Below are positions 51,780-60,056 of a stretch of 64,000 bases of DNA, in pieces (the first letter of the stretch is position 1; each line of letters opens with the position of its first letter). The notes under the pieces were generated by a model. That model was not told the DNA's origin. It did no database searches and worked only from the letters and a program-made list of their open reading frames with translations. The stretch comes from Fidelibacterota bacterium (GTDB taxonomy: Bacteria > Fidelibacterota > Marinisomatia > SCGC-AAA003-L08 > D37C17), in assembly GCA_030748955.1 (NCBI GenBank), contig JASMKZ010000002.1:10953-74952 (forward strand). Reading direction: 5' to 3'. Both the position numbers and the translations under genes were made by a program.

Positions 51780-52618
51780 ACCGGCTCTTTGCCAGCATTC
51801 AAATTGTGCGTCCATTGAATATGGTATTAAGTCTGTGTGCTGTATTCATAGCTGGCTGGCTGGTAAACGATATCACCTCCCCTCTGCTTCCTTACACTGC
51901 ATTGGTAGTTCTCTGTTTCGCTGGAGCATCCAATATATTGAATGATATATTGGATATTAATATTGATAAGATTAATCGTCCAAATAGGATGCTCCCCTCT
52001 GGCCACCTTAAAATTCAGGAAGCATTATTACTCATGAGTATTTTGTATGCACTTGGTATTATGGCCACTAGTTATCTACATCCTGTTGGTCAACAGATTG
52101 CACTAGCTTTGGTCTTACCCCTTTTGGCTTTATACACACCGCTTTTTAAACCGCTACCCTTTATTGGCAATTTGGTTGTGGGTGCAATATTGGGATTGGT
52201 ATTTATCTTTACCGAAGGAGCAATAATGGGTGGTGTGGATAAAATGTGGATACCTTTTTGTTTAGCTACCACACTTTCTTCCATCCGAGAATTGGTAAAA
52301 GATGCGGCTGATATGGAAGGAGACGCTGTGGGGGGTTTACAAACTTTCCCCAGAAAATATGGCCTCATAACAACCCTTTGGCTTCTGAGGATTCTTACTA
52401 TCGCCCTTTGTTTTGGTGCAACAATCCCCTGGTTTGAAGGATGGTATGGAAATTATTACCTTTTTCTGCTTATTGGGGGTGTTGCCCTACCTTCATTGTA
52501 TGCTGTGTTTATTCTTTTACGAGAAACTTCTTCTCCAGAAGATTATGCAATAATTGCTCAAATATTTAAGGGCACTACTATTGGGGGAATGATTGTTATT
52601 TTTTCTATAGGATTTTGA
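51776..52618 (+). CDS. UbiA-family prenyltransferase (DGGGP synthase-like)
   Basis: RPLN, NDILD...D.INRP.R.LPSG, RELVKD..D.EGD. Confidence 0.85.
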   Translation: MNRLFASIQIVRPLNMVLSLCAVFIAGWLVNDITSPLLPYTALVVLCFAGASNILNDILDINIDKINRPNRMLPSGHLKIQEALLLMSILYALGIMATSYLHPVGQQIALALVLPLLALYTPLFKPLPFIGNLVVGAILGLVFIFTEGAIMGGVDKMWIPFCLATTLSSIRELVKDAADMEGDAVGGLQTFPRKYGLITTLWLLRILTIALCFGATIPWFEGWYGNYYLFLLIGGVALPSLYAVFILLRETSSPEDYAIIAQIFKGTTIGGMIVIFSIGF

Positions 52619-52747
52619 TGAGTTGAGAATAATATCAACGCTCCCAAATGCAGTATTTCTAGGCATTAAATACAAAAATTTAAATGAACCCTAATTCTAT
52701 CCAAAAGTGCCTTTACCATCAATTAACAACTATCAACTAAGTCTAAA

Positions 52748-54331
52748 TTACTTAAGTAGCTCTTTCATTAAATTTTTCTTCGTTATTGCAGAAGCTGTGA
52801 GCAATCCTGAAAACAGGGCGCTGGTAACCCCAACGGTTAAAACATCCTGCCCAGTTAAATAGAGATTCTTAATTCCCGATTTTGGTTTAAGCCATTTCTG
52901 ATGAAAACGATCTGGCGTATGATCAATGCCATAGAGTTCTCCCTTGGGATAGTTGGCCAAACTTTTAACCGAAAGAGGGGTAGAAAGTTCGCTGTAAGCC
53001 ATTGCTGCTTTCGCCTGTGGAACGTGTTTATATACCGTTTTTAAAATACGTTCACTTAGTTTTTCTTTTATTTGCTCATAATCTCTTCCCCGCTTCTTCC
53101 ATGGTTCATTCTTCCAATTATCATAATCTGACCAATTGGCAACTGTGATGGCTTCCATTGTTGCGAATCCAGGATTTTCTTTTTCAAAATCTGGATCTTT
53201 AGCAGACGGAAACGACACATATACCACTGGCAAATCTGCATTTGAATCCTGCATGAAATCCCTAACATTTTTATCATGATCATAACCGGGATAAATCCAT
53301 AAATTAGTATCACTGAGCTGTAGCTCTTCTGTAGATTTATTTAAACCAATGTAAAGACAGATGTACGATCCCGTTGGGGTAACGGTCTTAAGTTGGGTGG
53401 ACATCTGTGAATAATCTTTATTGCTCCTGAGAAAATTACCATAGGTATTCATTACTCCTGCAGAGCTAATAATAAGGGGAGCCATAATTTCATCCCCTTT
53501 TTCTAAACGAACACCTACGGCCTTTCCTTTATGGGTAATAATTTCATCCACACCGGCATTAACGTATAGCTCACCGCCTAAATTGTATAGATAATCCACT
53601 GCTGTTTCGGCTATTCTGCGAGAAGTTCCAATAGGATAATTTCCACCATCTAAATAATGACGCACCACCATTGCATGCATAGCAAAACTGCTTTGACTTG
53701 GCGGTAGTCCATGATCACCCCATTGACCACTGAGTACACCTAGAATAGTTTCATCATTAAAAATATCCATAATCACCTCTCTGGTGGTTTTATCTGAATG
53801 GTTAAAGAATTTTCGCGTCATTTTATTATAAGTGAAATTTCCCAACCAATTGGGCAGAGCTTTATTGGCAAAATAAGATTGACCCGATTTCACAGCCCCA
53901 TCCACCATTTGAATATATTTACGCATTTTATTTTCAGTCCCGGGGAAATAGCCCACCATATCCTCAATGAATTGCTCACGTGGAGCTACAAAATTGTACT
54001 GCTTCTCGGGAAAAATGATACGGTCATAATTGTTCCCCATTTTATGCCATTCTAATTTACCATCACTAACCAAATCAAATAATTTTCGCACAGGTGAGTT
54101 AGGATTGTGCACCTCGCCAATATAATGAATGCCCACATCCCACTCATAATTATCCCGCTTAAAGGTATGTGTCCAACCACCTGCTTTAAAATGTTTTTCT
54201 AGAATGAGCACCTTCTTACCCTCCTTGGCCAAAAGTATTCCAGAGGTCAATCCGCTGATGCCAGATCCGATGACTATTACATCATATTTATTACTGGCAT
54301 ACTCACTTCGCCAGCCAGACCATTTCTTCAA
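52748..54331 (-). CDS. FAD-dependent oxidoreductase, phytoene desaturase / retinol saturase-like
   Basis: GSGISG Rossmann motif, EKH..AGG..H.F.R..YEWDVGIHY, LYLTGQD. Confidence 0.85.
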   Translation of the reverse strand: MKKWSGWRSEYASNKYDVIVIGSGISGLTSGILLAKEGKKVLILEKHFKAGGWTHTFKRDNYEWDVGIHYIGEVHNPNSPVRKLFDLVSDGKLEWHKMGNNYDRIIFPEKQYNFVAPREQFIEDMVGYFPGTENKMRKYIQMVDGAVKSGQSYFANKALPNWLGNFTYNKMTRKFFNHSDKTTREVIMDIFNDETILGVLSGQWGDHGLPPSQSSFAMHAMVVRHYLDGGNYPIGTSRRIAETAVDYLYNLGGELYVNAGVDEIITHKGKAVGVRLEKGDEIMAPLIISSAGVMNTYGNFLRSNKDYSQMSTQLKTVTPTGSYICLYIGLNKSTEELQLSDTNLWIYPGYDHDKNVRDFMQDSNADLPVVYVSFPSAKDPDFEKENPGFATMEAITVANWSDYDNWKNEPWKKRGRDYEQIKEKLSERILKTVYKHVPQAKAAMAYSELSTPLSVKSLANYPKGELYGIDHTPDRFHQKWLKPKSGIKNLYLTGQDVLTVGVTSALFSGLLTASAITKKNLMKELLK

Positions 54332-54482
54332 TATAATTTCCTTTCAATTAATATGGAAATTTAGGATAGATGGATGGGATTTCAATCAATTATTAGATTA
54401 ACTTTCCCCTATGAATTTGAAATTAATCCTTCTATTTATATTCTAAAATGATTTCTGCAAAAATAATATAACAGTAGAAACT

Positions 54483-55406
54483 ATGGCAAAGGGGACTCAT
54501 AGCTACATTCAAGATCAAAGAAATGAAAATATTATCATATATATTAATGGTGAATTCTTTCCCCGGAAGGAAGCTAAAATATCTGTTTTCGATAGCGGTT
54601 TTCTATTGGGAGATGGTGTTTGGGAGGGTATTCGCCTTTACAATAAAAGGCTCTGTTTCATTGATGAACATCTTGAACGCCTATATCGTGGGGCGGAAAA
54701 TTTAAAAATTGGAATTGGAAAGTCCAAAGAAGAGCTTATTGCGCTTATATATGAAACTATTTATGCCAATGCAATGGATTCGGATATACATATTCGTCTC
54801 ATTGTTTCCCGTGGGCTGAAACAGACTCCTTATCAACATCCTAATGCCAATGTAGGTGGGGCTTCTATCGTTATCATTCCCGAATATAAGAAAGCAGATG
54901 CAACCCTGTTAAGCAGGGGCATTCGCTTATGTTTAGTGGATACAGTAAGGGGTGCCCATAATTCTCAAGATCCACGGCTGAATACACTGAGCAAACTGAA
55001 TTGCATTTTCGGTTGTCTGGAGGCAGATGAAAAAGGTTTTGATGAAGGTATAATGCTAGATATGAATGGTAACGTCTCCACCTGTAATTCTACCAATTTC
55101 TTCATTGTTAAAAATGGAGAGGTGTGGACATCCACAGGTGAATATTGTCTACCAGGAATTACCCGTGGGAACATTATCAAGCTTTGCCGTGAAAACCATA
55201 TTCCTGTTTTCGAGAAAAATTTTCAAATGAAAGATGTCTATCCTGCAAATGAAGTTTTTGTTACAGGGACCTTTGCCGGGGTAATTCCAGCGATACAAGT
55301 TGATGATATCTCTATTGGCAATGGAAATTCTGGTTTAATAACGGAAAAATTATATCATCTTTATAAATCAAAAATTGCTACCCTGTATCCGGGAGAACCA
55401 AATTGA
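54483..55406 (+). CDS. Class IV PLP-fold aminotransferase-like protein
   Basis: SVFDSGFLLGDGVWEG.R, HL.RL, GITR, EVFVTGT. Confidence 0.88.
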   Translation: MAKGTHSYIQDQRNENIIIYINGEFFPRKEAKISVFDSGFLLGDGVWEGIRLYNKRLCFIDEHLERLYRGAENLKIGIGKSKEELIALIYETIYANAMDSDIHIRLIVSRGLKQTPYQHPNANVGGASIVIIPEYKKADATLLSRGIRLCLVDTVRGAHNSQDPRLNTLSKLNCIFGCLEADEKGFDEGIMLDMNGNVSTCNSTNFFIVKNGEVWTSTGEYCLPGITRGNIIKLCRENHIPVFEKNFQMKDVYPANEVFVTGTFAGVIPAIQVDDISIGNGNSGLITEKLYHLYKSKIATLYPGEPN

Positions 55407-56128
55407 ATGCTGTAAAAATTGCCATGTGGTCTGGTCCGCGGAATATTTCTACAGCGCTCATGCGCTCATTTGAAAATCGTAACGATACTTTTGTGAGTGA
55501 TGAGCCCTTCTATGCCCATTTTCTGAAACAAACCGGTGTAGATCATCCCATGCGGGATGAAGTGATAAAATCGGGGAATCCAAATTGGGTTACAGTATCT
55601 GATTATCTCACAAATACCATTCCAGATGGAAAATCAGTTTGGTATCAAAAGCATATGGCGCAACATAATTTGCCGGGGGTTGATATGGGGTGGGCGGAAA
55701 AGGTTTTCAATTGTTTCCTCATTCGTGATCCAAAGGAGGTTATTTTATCTTATATAAAAAAATATGGAATTTCCTCTGTTTATCAATTGGGGTTTCCACA
55801 ACAATTTGATTTATTTACACAGCTTAGAGAAAAAAATGGCCTTATTCCAATTGTTCTGGATGCAAAAGATATCCTGATAGATCCCGTTACAATGCTGAAA
55901 AAATTATGCCGTACACTGGCGGTTCCTTTTACTAACAAGATGCTCAGGTGGCCAAAAGGACGACGAGATTCTGATGGAATCTGGGGCAAACACTGGTATA
56001 ATGCAGTAGAACAGTCAACGAGTTTTCAAGCTTACCAAAAAAAGAACGAAGAAATGCCTGTTGAATATACTGCAATTTATGAAAAAAGTTTAGAATTCTA
56101 TCTGCAGCTACATAAACATCGAATATAA
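55403..56128 (+). CDS. Sulfotransferase-like P-loop protein
   Basis: WSGPRNISTALMRSF, DEPFYA, KHM, LIRDP, DG.W..HWY..V..ST.F; 4-nt overlap with the upstream gene. Confidence 0.8.
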   Translation: MNAVKIAMWSGPRNISTALMRSFENRNDTFVSDEPFYAHFLKQTGVDHPMRDEVIKSGNPNWVTVSDYLTNTIPDGKSVWYQKHMAQHNLPGVDMGWAEKVFNCFLIRDPKEVILSYIKKYGISSVYQLGFPQQFDLFTQLREKNGLIPIVLDAKDILIDPVTMLKKLCRTLAVPFTNKMLRWPKGRRDSDGIWGKHWYNAVEQSTSFQAYQKKNEEMPVEYTAIYEKSLEFYLQLHKHRI

Positions 56129-56155
56129 TAATTCAACTGCAATGGGAGACACATA

Positions 56156-57436
56156 TTGCCCAGTTTAACCGAAAGTAAATCCGCAAGAATATCTACATTA
56201 TGTGCTCTATATTTTGCTCAGGGATTTCCCTGGGGATTTATGACTACAGCTTTGGTGGCATATCTTGCCAAACATGGGCTCACCGTAGAAGATACTGGAC
56301 ACCTTATAGCAATGGCAATCCTGCCCTGGACCTTCAAACTCATCTGGGCACCTCTTATAGATTCATTCAATTTCCCTGCTATGGGCAGACGACGTCCATG
56401 GATAATTTTTGCTGAAATTATGATGGCAGTTACATTAATTGTAATGGCTATGAGCAGTGATATTATTTCTAATTTGACTTTTTTAGGATGGATGTTTTTT
56501 CTACATAATTGTTTTGCCTCATTACAGGATGTCTGTACCGATGCCCTGGCTGTTGATATTCTCCATCCTGATGAAAGGGGCCAAATTAATGGCTATATGT
56601 GGGGATCAAAAATAATTGGAGTTGGATTTGGCAGTTCTATTGTGGGCACCATTCTGGTCAAGACATCTCTTAATATCGCCGTATTATTTCAAACGGGTTT
56701 GGTGCTGGTTGTAATGATTTTCCCTCTTTTTTTTAGGGAGAGAGCTGGAGAAAAACTTCTTCCTTGGTTAAAAGGAAAATCTATGTTGCCTGACGATTTT
56801 GTAACCATTAGAAATCCGCTTACTGTTATAAAAGATTTACTGAAAGGATTTTCTATAAAGGCAACTTTTGTTGGGGCTATATTTTTACTTGTTGCCTCTA
56901 TTGGAGATGGAATAAATGGCGCAATCCTTCCTGTATTATTTATGCAAGACCTGGGCTGGGAACCAGATTTTTACTCTCAAATTGTGGGAGGGTTGGGAAC
57001 TATGTTGGAGTTTATTGGTGCGCTGTTAGGTGGGTTTTTAGCTGATAGGGTGGGGCGAAGAAAAATCATTGCTATTGGATATGGAGGATTTGCCATAACA
57101 GCAATTTTATTTGGTATATTCTCTGATTATTGGGAATTTAATTATTTTGCATCCACCTATTTAATAATATCACCCTTTTTTAGGGCATTGGGCGCAGTGG
57201 CCATTTTCTCCCTTTTTATGAAAATATCATGGACAAAATCTGCAGCCACTATGTTCACCAGTTATATGGCAATGTCTAATATGTCATCTACTACCGGCAG
57301 TAAGTTGGCAGGCACAATAAATAACTATGTTTCTAACGATATAACTTTTATAGTAGTAGGGATCCTTGCTGCCATTCCTCTGATTTTACTACTTGGCATA
57401 AATGCCAATGAACATCCCTTTCAAGAGAGCCCTTAG
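56156..57436 (+). CDS. MFS permease (AmpG-like)
   Basis: LYFAQG.P.G, PWTFKLIWAPLID..GRRRPW, QD..TDA, A.MFT.YMAMSN. Confidence 0.88.
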   Translation: MPSLTESKSARISTLCALYFAQGFPWGFMTTALVAYLAKHGLTVEDTGHLIAMAILPWTFKLIWAPLIDSFNFPAMGRRRPWIIFAEIMMAVTLIVMAMSSDIISNLTFLGWMFFLHNCFASLQDVCTDALAVDILHPDERGQINGYMWGSKIIGVGFGSSIVGTILVKTSLNIAVLFQTGLVLVVMIFPLFFRERAGEKLLPWLKGKSMLPDDFVTIRNPLTVIKDLLKGFSIKATFVGAIFLLVASIGDGINGAILPVLFMQDLGWEPDFYSQIVGGLGTMLEFIGALLGGFLADRVGRRKIIAIGYGGFAITAILFGIFSDYWEFNYFASTYLIISPFFRALGAVAIFSLFMKISWTKSAATMFTSYMAMSNMSSTTGSKLAGTINNYVSNDITFIVVGILAAIPLILLLGINANEHPFQESP

Positions 57437-59563
57437 TTATTGTGTAGAATAAGTATGGTTGATATTGTGAAACATAAATGCCCATATATCTGTTGCTGCC
57501 TGAATTCGTTTCGAAGTTGGCATTCCTGCCCCATGCCCTGCATCTGTTTCAATCCTGATTAACAATGGATTTGGATTGTCCGGGTTTTTTGCCTGCAAGT
57601 TGGCGGCATACTTAAATGAATGTGCTGGAACCACCCTATCATCATGATCTGCTGTAGTTACCATCACCGCCGGGTAATTGCCATTTTCTTTAATAGTATG
57701 CAGGGGTGAATAATTATATATATAGTTGAATGCCTCTGCAGATTCTTCTGGATCTCCATATTCCACCGCCCAGGCCCAGCCTATTGTAAATTTAGTGAAA
57801 CGCAACATATCCATAACCCCAACGGCAGGAAAACCAACCGCACATAAATTTGGTCGCTGGTTTAATACTGCTCCAACGAGCAAGCCTCCATTAGAGCCGC
57901 CCTGCACTGCTAGGCGGCTTTGACTTGTATAATTCTCTTTAATCAAATAATCAGCTGCGGCTATAAAATCATCAAATACATTTTGTTTATTTAGATTCAT
58001 TCCCCCTTCGTGCCAAGCCTCCCCATACTCACCACCACCTCTTAAATTAGCAGAAGCATAAATACCTCCACTTTCAAGCAATATCATTCGGCTGACACTG
58101 AAATATGGGTTTATGCTGATATTAAACCCTCCGTAGGCATATAGAAGGGTGGGCGCCGTGCCATTATATTTTAACCCCTTTTTGTGGGTAATAAACATGG
58201 GGATTTTCGTGCCGTCTTTACTGGGGTAAAATACCTGTTTGGTTTCATACAGTGAAAAATCTACCTCAACTTTAGACTGCCTGTACAAAGTGGAGGTATC
58301 GGCTTCAATATCATACCTGAAAATGGTAGGCGGGTAGGCAAAGCTGGTAAAATTATAAAATACTTCGCTGTCATTTTGTTGCCCTCCAAAGCCTGATGCG
58401 GTTCCAATTGTTGGTAATTCAACCTCCTTTTCCAACTCTCCATCCAAAGAATACACATATAGGTGGGAGCTCACATGTTTGGAATATTTTACTAAAAGCT
58501 TCCCTCCTGTAATAGATGCAGAATTCAAGGGATATTCTGACTCTGAAATGACATCTTTCCAGTTTTCTGGGTCCGGGCTGTTATAGTTAAACTTGACCAG
58601 TTTCCAATTCTGTGCTTTGTAATTTGTTTGAAGATAAATATCATCTCCAACGTTTCCTACAATACCATGATCATAATCATAATTTTCCATTATGGGTGTA
58701 AATTGATGGTCGCCCTGTTTTGCTCTTGTAATATACAGGGCTGTTCCGCTGGTTCCCTTTGTGCGGTAGAGATACACAAACCGTTCATCTTCAGAGGTAC
58801 CTATATAGTTAGAAATCTTTGGGTTATCCGGATCTGAAAATATAAGATTGTCCATTTTCTGTTCCGTTCCCAACTGATGATAGTACACCTTGGCGTTCTC
58901 GTTACTGGCATCCAGCTCACCTCCTTCTTCAGGCTTGGGGTAGCGCGAGTAGTAGAATCCATCTCCGGCCCAGGCCATCCCTGAAAATTTAATCCACTGT
59001 AAATGGTCTTTTCTGTCTTCTCCTGTAGATAAATCTTTGATATAAAATTCTTTCCAGTCTGATCCGCCAATGGATTTAGCATATCCCAGTAAATTTCCTC
59101 CATGATTGAAATAGATGCCGGAAAGCGCTACAGTGCCATCTTCCGAAAATGTATTGGGGTCTAATACGACCCTTTCTTCTCCTTCAAGCTTATCAGAAGA
59201 ATACAGTACAGATTGATTTTGCAGCCCCTCATTTTTATAAAAGTAATATTTTCCCCCTCGTTTAAAAGGTGCTGAAACTTTTTCATAGTTCCATATTTTA
59301 GTCAATCTTTCTTTTATAGCATTCCTTTGGGGTATGTTTTCCAAATATGTGAATGTTATTTTATTTTGGGCTTCTACCCACTTGGCCGTTTCGTCACTAT
59401 TATCATCTTCCAACCAACGATAAGGGTCCGCAACTTCGGTACCAAAATAATTATCACTTATACTTTCATCTGTACGGGTTTCTGGATATAAAATTATATT
59501 TGTGCTTTGATAACAGCCAATCATCAAGCCTGTTAATAATAAACACATTAATCTATATTTCAT
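57437..59563 (-). CDS. Prolyl oligopeptidase (S9A), probable lipoprotein
   Basis: DPYRWLED, GGSNGGLL, DHDDRV, GHGAG; lipobox LMIGC. Confidence 0.96.
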   Translation of the reverse strand: MKYRLMCLLLTGLMIGCYQSTNIILYPETRTDESISDNYFGTEVADPYRWLEDDNSDETAKWVEAQNKITFTYLENIPQRNAIKERLTKIWNYEKVSAPFKRGGKYYFYKNEGLQNQSVLYSSDKLEGEERVVLDPNTFSEDGTVALSGIYFNHGGNLLGYAKSIGGSDWKEFYIKDLSTGEDRKDHLQWIKFSGMAWAGDGFYYSRYPKPEEGGELDASNENAKVYYHQLGTEQKMDNLIFSDPDNPKISNYIGTSEDERFVYLYRTKGTSGTALYITRAKQGDHQFTPIMENYDYDHGIVGNVGDDIYLQTNYKAQNWKLVKFNYNSPDPENWKDVISESEYPLNSASITGGKLLVKYSKHVSSHLYVYSLDGELEKEVELPTIGTASGFGGQQNDSEVFYNFTSFAYPPTIFRYDIEADTSTLYRQSKVEVDFSLYETKQVFYPSKDGTKIPMFITHKKGLKYNGTAPTLLYAYGGFNISINPYFSVSRMILLESGGIYASANLRGGGEYGEAWHEGGMNLNKQNVFDDFIAAADYLIKENYTSQSRLAVQGGSNGGLLVGAVLNQRPNLCAVGFPAVGVMDMLRFTKFTIGWAWAVEYGDPEESAEAFNYIYNYSPLHTIKENGNYPAVMVTTADHDDRVVPAHSFKYAANLQAKNPDNPNPLLIRIETDAGHGAGMPTSKRIQAATDIWAFMFHNINHTYSTQ

Positions 59564-59985
59564 GCTTTCTGCTCCTGTTTTAAAAAATTATTTATATGTG
59601 TTTTGGCTTCATCAAAACCTTGGTAGGCTTCACATTGGAATTTCTCATTCCCGTTAATCATAGCAGATAGACGTTTTCCTTTAGTGGGTCGATACAAACA
59701 TAATATCGGGATTTTCAACTTTTCGGCAATACCAAGCTCATATCCAACACCTAGAGAAGGGGTGCTTGTCTCTGCCACTACCACATCTGCAGATTGCAAC
59801 CAGTTTATATCGCGCTGAAATATATCATTATCCGTTCTGGAAACTTCTCCCTTTTCACTTAATTCGGTGCTTCCCACATGCTCGGTTAATACTGTTCCGA
59901 AGTTTTCAAGATAGTGAATAATTTTAAAATAAAGATTGGCATCTTCACGTCCTCCTCGAATTGCACCAGCAAAATAGATTTTCAT
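59560..59985 (-). CDS. Nucleoside 2-deoxyribosyltransferase / DNPH1(RCL)-like N-glycosidase
   Basis: IYFAGAIRGG, RD..WL..AD.VVAE...PSLGVGYELG. Confidence 0.9.
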   Translation of the reverse strand: MKIYFAGAIRGGREDANLYFKIIHYLENFGTVLTEHVGSTELSEKGEVSRTDNDIFQRDINWLQSADVVVAETSTPSLGVGYELGIAEKLKIPILCLYRPTKGKRLSAMINGNEKFQCEAYQGFDEAKTHINNFLKQEQKA

Positions 59986-60056
59986 AGAGGAAATATTACC
60001 AAATAATTCGTAAGTTACTATAACTTTTTTATTTGGAGGAATATTAAATTTTTATT

